Positions 1 through 10,391 of a stretch of 64,000 bases of DNA are shown one piece after another (position 1 is the first letter of the stretch; each line of letters starts with the position of its first letter). Under the pieces are notes generated by a model. The model saw only the letters and a program-made list of their open reading frames with translations. It had not been told where the DNA came from and made no database searches. Location: positions 192,285 to 256,284 of the forward strand of contig JADZCV010000044.1 of the NCBI GenBank assembly GCA_020851375.1. Reading direction: 5' to 3'. Source of the stretch: Nitrospirota bacterium. Lineage in GTDB: Bacteria > Nitrospirota > 9FT-COMBO-42-15 > HDB-SIOI813. The translations under genes and the position numbers were made by a program.

Positions 1-479
1 TCATTTTGCGTAATCAGTCCATCAATCCCCCTTTTGAGGATTAGCCTCTCAAGCCTTTTTACTAATATGCGTGCCGGCGCGCACTGTTCCCCATAGAGTT
101 CAAAAGGATAATAAACCAGGCGGGCCCGCAGGATCCGTGAAGCGATCCAGCCAATGACCAGCATCTGAGGCATCGTCACTATAATCAGTGAAGGCGACCT
201 CCGTAGCGTATTGCAGAAAGGACGCCAAAGGGCCATCATTTCATAGGTTACGATCTGAAGGGCCTTTATCAGGAGTGAAATAAGATTCCCTGACTCAGAC
301 AGCAGCGGTGGATAGAGCGGGATATGGTCATACTGTTTTGCCTTTTCTGATGCCTTATCAATGACTGTCAGACTATACCCATGATTCATAAGCGACTCTG
401 CTGCAATGCAGATGAATGGATGCCGGAGGTGATCGTCAGAATAGAGCCACACAACTACTTTTTTATTACCCTCTTTCAT
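1..479 (-). CDS. glycosyltransferase-like protein (GT-B/GT4-like N-terminal region); 3' end runs off the left edge of the window
   Basis: Open minus-strand frame absent from the ORF track because its stop lies outside the window. ATG at 477-479 gives MKEGNKKVVVWLYSDDHLRHPFICIAAESLMNHGYSL...MPQMLVIGWIASRIL...KRGIDGLITQN and stays open to position 1. An in-frame stop lies upstream at 573-575. Family assignment from general sequence character only. Confidence 0.4.
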   Translation of the reverse strand, partial: MKEGNKKVVVWLYSDDHLRHPFICIAAESLMNHGYSLTVIDKASEKAKQYDHIPLYPPLLSESGNLISLLIKALQIVTYEMMALWRPFCNTLRRSPSLIIVTMPQMLVIGWIASRILRARLVYYPFELYGEQCAPARILVKRLERLILKRGIDGLITQN

Positions 480-547
480 CTTATTTATTTTGAAGCAGCA
501 GATCCACAATCCGGCCGGCAATATGGTTTCTTCAATCTTAGTGCGGC

Positions 548-1162
548 CTATTTTGCAGCCACTGTCCACAAATTCATAAACAGCTCGAAATACCCGGACC
601 TCATCTTTCCCTGGCTGAATCCGCCTTTGCATAGGAGCGCTGCTATCTTTGAATGGCTGTAGACGTCTTTATGCTCCAGGATCTCTTCAGGGCTGACCAA
701 TCCAAGCGCTGCCATCATTCTTAACAACTTGTCAGTCCAGAAGGCAGGGGTCGTAATGATCAACAGCCCGCCATCATTCAATACCCGGCGGCATTCGTTT
801 AAAACACCGGCAACCCGGTCAGGCTCGAGATGCTCTATGACCGCCAGCATGGTAACTACATCGAAGTAGCCTTCACGGAACGGCAGTGTGTCGTCATTTT
901 CAAAGTCAAAGCTGGACAACGATAAAGGGCCGGCCTGAACAACACCTGATCCTATCCCTTTATCTATCCCGAATTTCTCTTTAAAACTGGTGTTATTTAA
1001 AAAATACGGAAATGTCCCGCAGCCAACATCCAGCAATCGTCCATTCCTCTTCTCCGGAGGTATCAGAGCATTGGCGATCCTGGCCCTTTTTTTTGCAAGA
1101 AGGCCTTCCAATAGCCCGCTGCCCCTTGTTGGTTTCGTATATCCCTCTTTTGTACTCATCAT
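548..1162 (-). CDS. class I SAM-dependent methyltransferase
   Basis: Motif [12 protein letters not shown] and post-motif LAVIEHLEP. 4-nt overlap with the upstream GT2 gene. Confidence 0.8.
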   Translation of the reverse strand: MMSTKEGYTKPTRGSGLLEGLLAKKRARIANALIPPEKRNGRLLDVGCGTFPYFLNNTSFKEKFGIDKGIGSGVVQAGPLSLSSFDFENDDTLPFREGYFDVVTMLAVIEHLEPDRVAGVLNECRRVLNDGGLLIITTPAFWTDKLLRMMAALGLVSPEEILEHKDVYSHSKIAALLCKGGFSQGKMRSGYFELFMNLWTVAAK

Positions 1163-1848
1163 CTTCTAAGCAGGTTGTATTTTACTATACACCAGAATGC
1201 CCTGACGCCATCCTTCCACCCTATCTTCTTGCCTTCAGAATAATTCCTGCCGCTGTAAGATATTCCAATCTCGTAGATCCGATACCCCCTTTTGGCAATC
1301 TTTGCTGTAATCTCCGGCTCAAAGCCGAAGCGCTCCTCCTCAATAACTATGTCCTTGAGCACATCCGCCTTGAATACCTTATAGCATGTCTCCATATCAG
1401 AAAGATTAAGATTCGTGCACATATTTGAGATTAATGTCAGAAATGTGTTTCCCAGAGAATGCCAGAAAAACAATACCCGGCGCTCCTCAGTCGTCAGGAA
1501 ACGGGAGCCGTAGACTACATCTGCCCTGCCGTCCAGGATAGGTTTTATCAGTCTGGGGTATTCCTGAGGATTATATTCAAGATCAGCATCCTGAATGATC
1601 ACAACATCACCGCTCGCCTGTTTGAACCCTGTCCTTAGCGCAGCCCCTTTCCCCATATTCTTCTGATGATAGAAGATACGGATATTTGCGTCCCCTTCCA
1701 TGCTTTTCAGGACGTCTCTTGTACCATCAGAAGAATAATCATCAACTATAACCAGCTCCTTGTCCAAATCAACTTCCCCGACCTTTTTGATGATATCTCT
1801 TATAGTATTGACTTCGTTAAAAACAGGGATTACGACTGACAGCTTCAT
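1159..1848 (-). CDS. GT2 glycosyltransferase (polyprenyl-phosphate sugar synthase / DPM1-like)
   Basis: N-terminus [29 protein letters not shown] and DADLEY (DxD-type) motifs, 229 aa. Confidence 0.8.
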   Translation of the reverse strand: MKLSVVIPVFNEVNTIRDIIKKVGEVDLDKELVIVDDYSSDGTRDVLKSMEGDANIRIFYHQKNMGKGAALRTGFKQASGDVVIIQDADLEYNPQEYPRLIKPILDGRADVVYGSRFLTTEERRVLFFWHSLGNTFLTLISNMCTNLNLSDMETCYKVFKADVLKDIVIEEERFGFEPEITAKIAKRGYRIYEIGISYSGRNYSEGKKIGWKDGVRAFWCIVKYNLLRR

Positions 1849-1864
1849 ATTTACTCCTTCAATG

Positions 1865-2590
1865 TTATGAAATCCTTTCGGCTATACAGACTAACGTCTT
1901 ACCCCAGAACATGGGTATTATTCTTTCAACCAATCGTTGCAGCGGAACACAATAAATATCAAAGAATCTCATGAATGCTGAGACAGATGAATCCTGCACA
2001 GCAGGAGTAACACCAATACACCCGGAAATATACCAGGCCACGCCACCCAACGGATCGGTATAATGCAGTGACCTTATGGTCATATTCGTATCCTCAATTA
2101 TTGCCCGCAGACTGCTTTTTGTGTAGCGACGATAATGTCCAACTGAGCGATCCCACTTACTGAATAACTCCGGTCGTGCGGGAACATATATGCACATCTT
2201 TCCGCCGACAGCCAACATGCTACTTAATTGCCGGACAGCAGCGCGATCATCCGCAAAGTGTTCCAATGAATTTATGCAAATTACAACATCGAATGGGCCA
2301 ACTGCCGGCACGGACATTTCTTCAATTGGAACATCAATTACCGTAACATCAGGATAAGTCCTCCTGATTTCACCGGCAAACAGAGGATCTGGTTCTAATA
2401 CGTATATAGAAGATGATACGGCCTGGTAATGTGGAATATAAGTACCTATTCCAGCGCCAACTTCAATAATCTTCCCGTGTAAATATGGCAGAAAAAAACT
2501 CATAACCCAGCTTGTATAGTGCGGCATGGAAGCCATGTGAGACAATCCTGCAGTCATTTCCTTATCATGTATAGAAATTTGATTAGACAT
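1865..2590 (-). CDS. class I SAM-dependent methyltransferase
   Basis: [11 protein letters not shown] glycine-rich motif and [10 protein letters not shown]. Confidence 0.75.
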   Translation of the reverse strand: MSNQISIHDKEMTAGLSHMASMPHYTSWVMSFFLPYLHGKIIEVGAGIGTYIPHYQAVSSSIYVLEPDPLFAGEIRRTYPDVTVIDVPIEEMSVPAVGPFDVVICINSLEHFADDRAAVRQLSSMLAVGGKMCIYVPARPELFSKWDRSVGHYRRYTKSSLRAIIEDTNMTIRSLHYTDPLGGVAWYISGCIGVTPAVQDSSVSAFMRFFDIYCVPLQRLVERIIPMFWGKTLVCIAERIS

Positions 2591-3289
2591 TTACGTATTT
2601 TTTTTCAACAAGCCGACCCAGAATAAAGGGACCGGCATCAACGTAATAACAGGGACATAATGATACTCCTGCAAGGTATAACCGTTATTGCAATAATAGT
2701 GGATTATATCCTTCGCCGCATGATAATGATCCAACGGTTTACTCTTATTAACAATGATGCGGCCAAGCCGGTACAGAATATTTTCAGTGGGAAGACTCAG
2801 GAGCAGGAGGCCACCACGTCTAAGGGCCTTCTTCAGAAACTGATAAGGTTCATTTAAATCAGCAAAGTGTTCAAACACATCTGTAGCTACAACAAGGTCG
2901 TATAATATATTTGTATCAAATGAATTCATATCCTGCTCAAAGAATCTGATATTAGTCATTCTGTAGTACGTTGCAATCTCCCGTGCATCCCCGAGATCAA
3001 GATCAAGAACAGATACCTCTGTAAATAGATTTCTCAGGGTGGGGAGGAATGCGCCACTCCCTCCACCGCAATCTATCACGTTATAATTCCTGGCAGTGTG
3101 TTTGCCCAGAATCTTATGCGCACAACTCAAGCGCTGCCAGAAGATATTACGGGCTAATGGATTTGGGTGTATGTATATATTGCGTACGTTTGCAGTATCC
3201 GTAAGTGTACACAGGACATCCATCGGTATCCTGACAAATTCACGCAAACCCCCGTTATCACCTGAATGGGTCTTAATTGCCGGCGTCAT
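2591..3289 (-). CDS. class I SAM-dependent methyltransferase
   Basis: VIDCGGGSGAF motif and VFEHFADLNEP. True start may be the internal Met at about 3223 (MDVLCTL), because 3289 overlaps the upstream gene by 17 nt. Confidence 0.75.
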   Translation of the reverse strand: MTPAIKTHSGDNGGLREFVRIPMDVLCTLTDTANVRNIYIHPNPLARNIFWQRLSCAHKILGKHTARNYNVIDCGGGSGAFLPTLRNLFTEVSVLDLDLGDAREIATYYRMTNIRFFEQDMNSFDTNILYDLVVATDVFEHFADLNEPYQFLKKALRRGGLLLLSLPTENILYRLGRIIVNKSKPLDHYHAAKDIIHYYCNNGYTLQEYHYVPVITLMPVPLFWVGLLKKNT

Positions 3290-4214
3290 CTCGTCTTATC
3301 TTCTGATTCAACACCTTTTTAAAGAGCAGGAAATTCTCATGCTGATATTTGCTTATTGTATCAAGTATAAGTCCAATGCTTATCATGATGGCGCTCAAGA
3401 TTCCACAGCTTGCCGCAAGAATTGACAATGGCACATGGTATACATACCTTGTGGTAATATAATCGCGGATAGGCAGATAACCGGTTATAAGACTTGTCGC
3501 GAGGAATATGGCAGCAAGCAAAGAAAAGAATAACAGAGGTTTATAATCTTTTAGTATCATAAATAAGGCCTTCAGTATGAGAATGCCGTCACTGAAGGTA
3601 TTTATCTTGGAATGGCTCCCCTCCGGTCTCAGACCATAATGAACAGGGATCTCTTTTATGGCAAAATTCTTTGTTATCGCCTGCAATGTTAATTCTGTCT
3701 CAATCTCAAATCCTTTTGATTTAAGGGGGACTGATTTTACAAATTCGCGGGAAAAGACCCTGAACCCGGATAATACATCTGTAACCGTTATGGAAAATAG
3801 CCTTGAAACAAGCAGCTTGACCATCCAATTTCCAGCCTTATGGAATACTCTGAATGATCCGGGCATATGGTGTTGAAGCCGGGCGCCTACGACCATCCCT
3901 GCATCACTCCTTTTCAGCGCTTCAATAAGTTCTTTAACAGCGCCTGACGGATATGTATCATCTCCATCACACATAACATAAATATCTGCATCTATCTCTT
4001 CAAACATATGTTTTACAACATTTCCCTTTCCACGATTCGGGGAATGTATGACAATTGCACCTGCATCTTCAGCACATCCGCTGGTCCCGTCAGTTGAATT
4101 ATTATCAAATACATAGACCTCCGCATCTGGCAGAGCCGCCTTGAAGTCTTTTACAACCTTTGCGATCGTCAATTCTTCATTAAGACATGGAATCATCACT
4201 GCTATTTTTTTCAT
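3273..4214 (-). CDS. GT2 glycosyltransferase with C-terminal transmembrane helices (GtrB/ArnC-like polyprenyl-phosphate glycosyltransferase)
   Basis: MKKIAVMIPCLNEE, DNNSTDGT and DGDDTYP motifs; two hydrophobic helices at the C-terminus (LLFFSLLAAIFLATSLITGYL, LSILAASCGILSAIMISIGLIL). Start placed at internal Met 4214 to avoid overlap; the track start is 4247. Confidence 0.75.
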   Translation of the reverse strand: MKKIAVMIPCLNEELTIAKVVKDFKAALPDAEVYVFDNNSTDGTSGCAEDAGAIVIHSPNRGKGNVVKHMFEEIDADIYVMCDGDDTYPSGAVKELIEALKRSDAGMVVGARLQHHMPGSFRVFHKAGNWMVKLLVSRLFSITVTDVLSGFRVFSREFVKSVPLKSKGFEIETELTLQAITKNFAIKEIPVHYGLRPEGSHSKINTFSDGILILKALFMILKDYKPLLFFSLLAAIFLATSLITGYLPIRDYITTRYVYHVPLSILAASCGILSAIMISIGLILDTISKYQHENFLLFKKVLNQKIRRDDAGN

Positions 4215-4234
4215 AAGGGTACCAAAGCCACCTG

Positions 4235-5911
4235 TTAATCGAGACATACAACTGTCTCGGTCCTGACCAGCGGCAGAGTCTTTCTACATGTCACGAGTTC
4301 ATCCCTTCCAATTTCAGTTGCAGAAATTCCCATATCATTGAACCTGATGCGATTTGCATAAAAATTAGAAAAATAAACTTTGACCGGCTTGTTAAGATCT
4401 ATTAAATAACTGAGTTGAGTTTTGAACAGTTCATTATCCTTTAAAACCGCAGTGATTCTTACAGTAGAGATTAAGGCTATGTCTAAAATTAAGACAAAGA
4501 TCACAACCAGTCCTATCCTGGATAAAATCTCCCTCGGCCTGAAGTAAAAACACAGGCCTGCACAAATGACAGGTACCAGCCATAGCTGAGGGGCGTAACG
4601 ACTATACCATGCAACTGGATTTATAATGATTGATATTATTAATAGGAGAATGACTGATATACTCAAAAAAGCAGCCGATGTCCAATTAAAGATTAATACT
4701 ATAATTAAAGAGATTACACTTAAGACCATAGCCCCGCCGAACAGGGGGCCAAAACCTGCCACCCTCACATCCACCTCAATGAACCTCATCAGTTCATCCA
4801 TTTTAAATGTAAAGGGTAATTTCCACGGGCTATCCCATGCAACTGCAGACTCAGAAAAGATGGTCGCAAATATCTTCTCAAGACGATTATAGGATTTCCA
4901 TGTTTCAGGCATGCCAATCTCGATGAGATCAACAGGTGATGAAGTAGTTCCAGGCCAGTATTGCGCTCCAATAGGATAAAAGGGATTTTGATGCATCAAC
5001 AGATTATTAATATAAGGATTATACCCTAAGATAGCAATCCCTATAATGAATGCGAAGGCCGCAGTCCCGGAAATTAAAGCGAGCCTTGCCCTGCCAAGTC
5101 CTCCAAGGATATAAAAAAGAGGCAATATCCCTGTTATCAGTAAGCCGGCATAAACCATACCGGTAGTCTTCACATTTATCACAAGCGTTAAAGAACATGC
5201 CAGTAAAATTAACAATGGAATAATGTCTTTCTTTTCATATATGCAATAGAAGGCCAAACAACATACTATCGTTAGCATAGAAAAGAGATGACCATCCACA
5301 TAATTAGATGGAACCTGGAGAATATTTACCGGATTCAAAGAAGCCAACAACGAAATGATGAATATCAATCCTGATTTAATGTTTGTAGCTTTAAGCATAA
5401 TGCCCATTATCAGGCAGAAAGCGGAAAACATAATTGGGAAATTAAACACCTTGGCGTATTCTATGTATTTTGTTACCTTGTAAATTGATGCCTCATAAAT
5501 CCATGGCGCCTTTGGGTAATACGTTAATCGCGCATCAATATCATTCTTCTCATAACTCCAAATGGGATTCCAGCCATTAGCCAGTCTGTCAATTGCCTCC
5601 TGGTGATAGGTTTGACCGTCCGGAGACAGGTCATAGATCTTTCCGGAAAAATAGAGTGATAACAACAGTAGCGCTATAAATGAGGTGATGAGGATTATAA
5701 ACATGGAAAGATACTTGTCAGGAAAATATTTTTTAGAGGTAAACCATACCCAGTATAACACGCCTATTAGTGATAACAATCCGAAACGTGACAGCGGCAT
5801 ATTCATTAATAAGGTAATGGAACCAATGAAAAACAATCCAAAGATAAATATGATATGTAATGAGCCAGCGATAAACAGAAAGGATGCCGTTCTTTCCCTT
5901 AATCTTTTCAT
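4235..5911 (-). CDS. polytopic integral membrane protein, possible GT-C type glycosyltransferase partner of the adjacent GtrB-like enzyme
   Basis: At least 10 hydrophobic segments, AT-rich gene, no recognisable soluble catalytic motif. Function inferred from adjacency to the GtrB-like GT2. Start set at MKRLRERTASFLF (5911); the track start is 5947. Confidence 0.35.
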   Translation of the reverse strand: MKRLRERTASFLFIAGSLHIIFIFGLFFIGSITLLMNMPLSRFGLLSLIGVLYWVWFTSKKYFPDKYLSMFIILITSFIALLLLSLYFSGKIYDLSPDGQTYHQEAIDRLANGWNPIWSYEKNDIDARLTYYPKAPWIYEASIYKVTKYIEYAKVFNFPIMFSAFCLIMGIMLKATNIKSGLIFIISLLASLNPVNILQVPSNYVDGHLFSMLTIVCCLAFYCIYEKKDIIPLLILLACSLTLVINVKTTGMVYAGLLITGILPLFYILGGLGRARLALISGTAAFAFIIGIAILGYNPYINNLLMHQNPFYPIGAQYWPGTTSSPVDLIEIGMPETWKSYNRLEKIFATIFSESAVAWDSPWKLPFTFKMDELMRFIEVDVRVAGFGPLFGGAMVLSVISLIIVLIFNWTSAAFLSISVILLLIISIIINPVAWYSRYAPQLWLVPVICAGLCFYFRPREILSRIGLVVIFVLILDIALISTVRITAVLKDNELFKTQLSYLIDLNKPVKVYFSNFYANRIRFNDMGISATEIGRDELVTCRKTLPLVRTETVVCLD

Positions 5912-5919
5912 AATCCTTT

Positions 5920-6699
5920 TTAACTTTCTTTGCGGGCTACAGCCCACGCCATATTCTTCTTTTGTCCAACATCCCCTTCGATCCCTATCAGATCACAACC
6001 GCCGTCATTCAGGAACCGCTGCAGGTTGCGGCAGGAAAGAGGGACACCTACCCAGCTCGTGTGTTTTGTCAGGGAAGGTATCAATCCACTGAGCACGAAG
6101 CTTCTATGTTCAAAATTGTACACCCATGTCCTGTCTCTTGAATTTAATCTGCGAAAGGGAGGATCAAGGGTCCGGAATTGCAGCTTCACTATCCCCCCGG
6201 GTTTTAAGATACGGCACATCTCGGCAATTGCTGATCGAACATTGCTCAAAACATGAATATGCTGGATTACTGCATAGGAATAGATGAAATCGGCTGAGGC
6301 ATCAGGAATATCACAATGTCCATGTTCATCGAGTAAAGAAAGACGTGTAACTTCGGGAACAATCTTGCGACTATAGCCCAGCATAGTTGGTGATATATCA
6401 ATGCCGGCGCATTCATAACCAGCGGCCTTCACCGCTCTTAGAATCCTTCCCATGCCTGAACCATATTCTACTATAAAAGTATTACCGGGATTCAGTGGGA
6501 TTCTATCGAGAACAGGGCGCAGGAAGTTGTCAAACATGAATTGTCCCTTTGCAAAGAATACCTCAAGATCTTCCGCTGACCAGTCTTCAGGATTAGAACT
6601 CTTGTCCGCAAATTGCTCCGCCGACATTACGGCAAAAAGTGGATTCTGTTTTGCCTTTTCTTCCCATGAAAGCCTGTGCCTGAACGTTTCGTTAGCCAT
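5920..6699 (-). CDS. class I SAM-dependent methyltransferase
   Basis: IVEYGSGMGRILRAV motif I and following acidic residue pattern. Confidence 0.75.
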   Translation of the reverse strand: MANETFRHRLSWEEKAKQNPLFAVMSAEQFADKSSNPEDWSAEDLEVFFAKGQFMFDNFLRPVLDRIPLNPGNTFIVEYGSGMGRILRAVKAAGYECAGIDISPTMLGYSRKIVPEVTRLSLLDEHGHCDIPDASADFIYSYAVIQHIHVLSNVRSAIAEMCRILKPGGIVKLQFRTLDPPFRRLNSRDRTWVYNFEHRSFVLSGLIPSLTKHTSWVGVPLSCRNLQRFLNDGGCDLIGIEGDVGQKKNMAWAVARKES

Positions 6700-8354
6700 T
6701 ACTTCAACCTTTCCGCCGGGTAAATGAACGGCCTGTTGTTTAATATTCCGTCACAGATCACATCAAGTCCTGGATCCCGGCCCTGCATTAATTCATCAAG
6801 ACCGGAAATATTAAGTGAGAATGCATATTTCTCCGGTGAGGTGATAAACGGGAGCGGTATCATCCTCCGGAAAAAGAAGTGGAATGCATATTTCCTTGCC
6901 AGAATCAGCTTATCTTCACTCAGGCGCTCTTTCAGCGGCAGCTGTTCCAACAGCTTGAAGTACCCCTCAGGGTCTGTCGCGTCGAGCGAAAACCCCTTGT
7001 TCCGTATCCAGGCCTCGCCGGCCACAAGGACGGGGATCCCCATGCCCGATAACTCAATCCCTGTCTTGGTGTTGTAGATGATCACCGAGTCGCAATGCTC
7101 CATCACGGCATAGGTGCTCACATGACTCTCCGGGTGGATCACAAAGACATTCGGAGGGAGAGAGGGAAAGACGCTCCGGATCTCCGCCGCTATCGGCTGA
7201 CGGGACGGGACCATCCCGCGGACTTCCGCGGGGTGGATCCGGATGATCAACTGAAGCTCCGGCCTCCTGGCAAAATAGCGGATCGTCTGCATCACCCATT
7301 CGAGCTGATTCGGAAAGGCATTCGAGCGATAGTGCAACTGGGCGTCCCACATCACACTGGTGAGCATGCCGATCCACGGTTTTGTTGTGTCAATCCCGAC
7401 CTCACGGATGATCTCCGGCAAGTCCTCCCTGGGGGACTCATGAAACCAGATCCAATCCCCGGTCCCCTGCCAGCGGCTCTTCAGATAGTCGAGGGTCATC
7501 CTCTCGGTCTCAGGGGTCCAGGAGATGTCTTGCCAAGTGCTGACAGTCTCTGTGATCATCGTGTGGTGATAAGAATCGCCGTGGCTGAAGATAAAGGTCT
7601 GCTTCCGGTACGAGGGATTCCAGTTGACAATCCTTAACCCCTTCTTCCTGCAGACCTCTCCGATAATCCCCTGGGGGACATAGATCCCGTGATGAAAACA
7701 GGCCACATCGTACGCGTTCTCTTCGATCAACCTCTGCACAGCAAAGACCGTCATCAGCGACGCCTCAAGATAGCGGCGCAGCACCGCCTCCCCGAGAGGC
7801 TCGCCGCCAAGATCGCCCCTGCCGTAGTAGCGCAGGGCGCCGGCCATCGCTTGCTCGCCGACCGCCAGGCCTTCAAACTTGTATTCACCGATCTCCTCCA
7901 AAGGAACAACGGCCGCCATATCCATAGCACGCTTCACCTGTTCAGGACCGACCAGTTTGCTATAGCGTTGGATTGAAAGACCGAGCGGTTCAAACAGCCT
8001 ACGACCGGCACTGAAACAGTCCCGGCACAGAGACACCTGACCATGACCCGTCAGATCCTCCGGGGAAATTTTGGCAAACTTCGTCATCTGACAGGACGGC
8101 AGAAACTCATCGCACAACAACATATCAACCCGTGCACCGCGGAGGGTCAGTGCCACTGCCAGGGCGCTTTCCAGCACAGCCCCCTGGTCATAGCCCCCAA
8201 GACTGGTCGCCATCAGGACGCGTGGACCAGATTGGGCTGATTTTTTTGATTGATCCCACTGTGGATGATTATTTCTGAGCAGGGGAGCCCACGAAAATGT
8301 TTTACCTCCACCAAAAATAAATTGGGAGATTGTATTTTTTGCCTGATGAATCAT
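6699..8354 (-). CDS. hypothetical protein, possibly a capsule-polysaccharide-biosynthesis-type (KpsC/KpsS-like) glycosyltransferase
   Basis: 551 aa soluble protein with LIIRIHPAE and VFVIHPESH, resembling HP motifs of Capsule_synth-family enzymes. Markedly higher GC than neighbouring genes. Weak call. Confidence 0.3.
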   Translation of the reverse strand: MIHQAKNTISQFIFGGGKTFSWAPLLRNNHPQWDQSKKSAQSGPRVLMATSLGGYDQGAVLESALAVALTLRGARVDMLLCDEFLPSCQMTKFAKISPEDLTGHGQVSLCRDCFSAGRRLFEPLGLSIQRYSKLVGPEQVKRAMDMAAVVPLEEIGEYKFEGLAVGEQAMAGALRYYGRGDLGGEPLGEAVLRRYLEASLMTVFAVQRLIEENAYDVACFHHGIYVPQGIIGEVCRKKGLRIVNWNPSYRKQTFIFSHGDSYHHTMITETVSTWQDISWTPETERMTLDYLKSRWQGTGDWIWFHESPREDLPEIIREVGIDTTKPWIGMLTSVMWDAQLHYRSNAFPNQLEWVMQTIRYFARRPELQLIIRIHPAEVRGMVPSRQPIAAEIRSVFPSLPPNVFVIHPESHVSTYAVMEHCDSVIIYNTKTGIELSGMGIPVLVAGEAWIRNKGFSLDATDPEGYFKLLEQLPLKERLSEDKLILARKYAFHFFFRRMIPLPFITSPEKYAFSLNISGLDELMQGRDPGLDVICDGILNNRPFIYPAERLK

Positions 8355-8360
8355 TTTTTT

Positions 8361-9305
8361 CTATAGCACCCGCTGTTTTGTCCTGGATCCTCCGCTCTTA
8401 ATAGCCCATTTAAATTCTTTCAGGAGAAAGCCTTTCTTTCTCCTCAGGTGAAGATATGCCATATAAGGGCCCAGATGAGCATTGGCATAATTACCGGCCG
8501 GTGGCCGTAAGCTCAGATGGTAGATAATGCCCAGCGCCTGGCTGAGCACCGGAAATCGAGAGTGCCACGGAGCTGCTCCTTCAGGAAAAAGCGAATAACG
8601 CTGACGCTCAACTTCCTTTTCGTAGTCCGGCTTAGACTTAGGATAGCGTCTGTACCATAGTTCCCTGTTAATCTGTTTAAACGTCCCGTACACAGACATC
8701 TCAAGTAACAGTAGTCTGTCCGGCATAACGCAGTAGGGAAAGACTCCGCATTTCTCAAGAACATTTGTCCTGAAGAGGCCATAGATCATATTTCCAGCCC
8801 CCTCCATTTCCGTACATGCTGCACGGACCCGCTTGATCTTGCTCATGCCCACCGTCTCAAACCGTGACGGCCCGATGGGGAGCCGTTCATCTGTCGGCCC
8901 GATGGCCGCCGTAAGGGGATAGGCCATAACTATCTCAGGATCTTCATTTAAGACATTTACGTGCGCCTGGAGCCACTCGGGATGCCACAGATCATGGTCA
9001 GCAGCCCAGGCGAAATAGTCTGCGCCCATCCTGACGGCCTCAGTAAATGCCTTGCGCTTGTTCATGATCATCCCGAGGCGCTTATCATTCCGGCTATAGG
9101 TGATTCGTTGATCAATAGAGGCATAATGCCGCATGATCTTTTCAGTGCCATCCGACGAACAGTCGTCTGAGGCAACTATTTGAAAATCAGCATAGGATTG
9201 CTTCCGTAGTGAGTCCAATGCAGCATGGAGGTACTGATCCGCGTTGTATAAAACCATGCCGAAGCAGACTTTTGGTGAAGCTGACGTAGTTGTCTTTGTT
9301 TTCAT
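8361..9305 (-). CDS. GT2 glycosyltransferase
   Basis: VCFGMVLYNADQYLHAALDSLRKQSYADFQIVASDDCSSDGT, typical GT2 N-terminus. Confidence 0.8.
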   Translation of the reverse strand: MKTKTTTSASPKVCFGMVLYNADQYLHAALDSLRKQSYADFQIVASDDCSSDGTEKIMRHYASIDQRITYSRNDKRLGMIMNKRKAFTEAVRMGADYFAWAADHDLWHPEWLQAHVNVLNEDPEIVMAYPLTAAIGPTDERLPIGPSRFETVGMSKIKRVRAACTEMEGAGNMIYGLFRTNVLEKCGVFPYCVMPDRLLLLEMSVYGTFKQINRELWYRRYPKSKPDYEKEVERQRYSLFPEGAAPWHSRFPVLSQALGIIYHLSLRPPAGNYANAHLGPYMAYLHLRRKKGFLLKEFKWAIKSGGSRTKQRVL

Positions 9306-9320
9306 CCCAAGGCGGAATGC

Positions 9321-10391
9321 TTATTTTGAAAGAGTTCCTATCAAATGTCTATATTCGTAAATTAATCGTTTTCTATTCGTATCACTTTTCCATAGGATTT
9401 TTTGAGTAAGAGTTTTGGTCGTCGTCATCGGAACAACCAGGTCCGTATATGGAACATCAAGCACACGTTGTTCTGTCACATTATAATATCCACTTAAAAT
9501 CGAACTAACTGTCGTAAGTTGGCGATTGTGCTTCGAGCGATCCCTATTGTGGCTGTATATATTTGGACACTTCAGTTCAGCTAAACAGCGAATGTACGAA
9601 TCAACCTGTTCACCAGTCATCTCCTGAAAAGATGCAATGTTGATCGCAAGGTCAATCTTGGTAGTTTTTATTGCACTGAAAAAGAAATGGGGAAGAAAAA
9701 TAATATCATAGTTATTATATTCATCAAGCAAACTTTCTACAGGCTTATCACCATAAAAAAGAACTGAAGCGTCAGGAAATAGAGTCTTCAGATATACTCC
9801 AGAAAATAGGATCGTTTGAGGCAGATCAACAATAATATAGCATGTATTTGGAAACAGACTCTTGAACTGATAGGCAAATCCCCCCCATCCAGCACCAATC
9901 TCAATGATAACCTTTTTATCACCGACATTCTGCCGTAATGGAGCAAGTAATCCAGCCTTATTTAAAGCTAAAAACGATTCGTAAAATTTAAGCGTGTCCA
10001 GATTGATCAACATATCATCAATTAGATAACCAAATCCTCCAAGAAGTGGAGACTCCGGAACCAAAAGACCATTTGCGTCTTGCTCTCGCAATGCGTTTAA
10101 TTTCTTCTTAAAGGACTCTATTTGATGTGCATGATGCTCCCGATAGTCATAAGCCCGCAAACCGGTAAGATGATAACAATGTTCACGCAATTTCTGAATG
10201 ATCAATGGAGATGCATCAAACATGTAGTCAAATCCGGCCAATTCTTCTTCCCAATAATTGCTTGGCCGATTGCTTTGCTTTTGTTCCTCTTCAAGCAAAT
10301 AAAAGATATGGTCGCGAACATGAAGATAATTATGCCACCAACTCTCCTGTTTGTACCGCTCAATCTGCTCTTTAAATTGCAATCTATTCAT
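9321..10391 (-). CDS. SAM-dependent methyltransferase (possible sugar O-methyltransferase)
   Basis: IIEIGAGWGGFAYQF motif. Start set at internal ATG 10391 (MNRLQFKEQ) to avoid a 95-nt overlap with the acetyltransferase; the track start is 10478. Confidence 0.6.
   Translation of the reverse strand: MNRLQFKEQIERYKQESWWHNYLHVRDHIFYLLEEEQKQSNRPSNYWEEELAGFDYMFDASPLIIQKLREHCYHLTGLRAYDYREHHAHQIESFKKKLNALREQDANGLLVPESPLLGGFGYLIDDMLINLDTLKFYESFLALNKAGLLAPLRQNVGDKKVIIEIGAGWGGFAYQFKSLFPNTCYIIVDLPQTILFSGVYLKTLFPDASVLFYGDKPVESLLDEYNNYDIIFLPHFFFSAIKTTKIDLAINIASFQEMTGEQVDSYIRCLAELKCPNIYSHNRDRSKHNRQLTTVSSILSGYYNVTEQRVLDVPYTDLVVPMTTTKTLTQKILWKSDTNRKRLIYEYRHLIGTLSK

Noticed and set aside
7054-7637. Overlapping ORFs of 107 aa (minus, 7054..7377) and 180 aa (plus, 7095..7637) inside the GC-rich 551-aa gene
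   Set aside because: They lie in alternative frames or antisense within a high-GC gene where long spurious ORFs are expected; Arg/Pro/Gly-rich composition.
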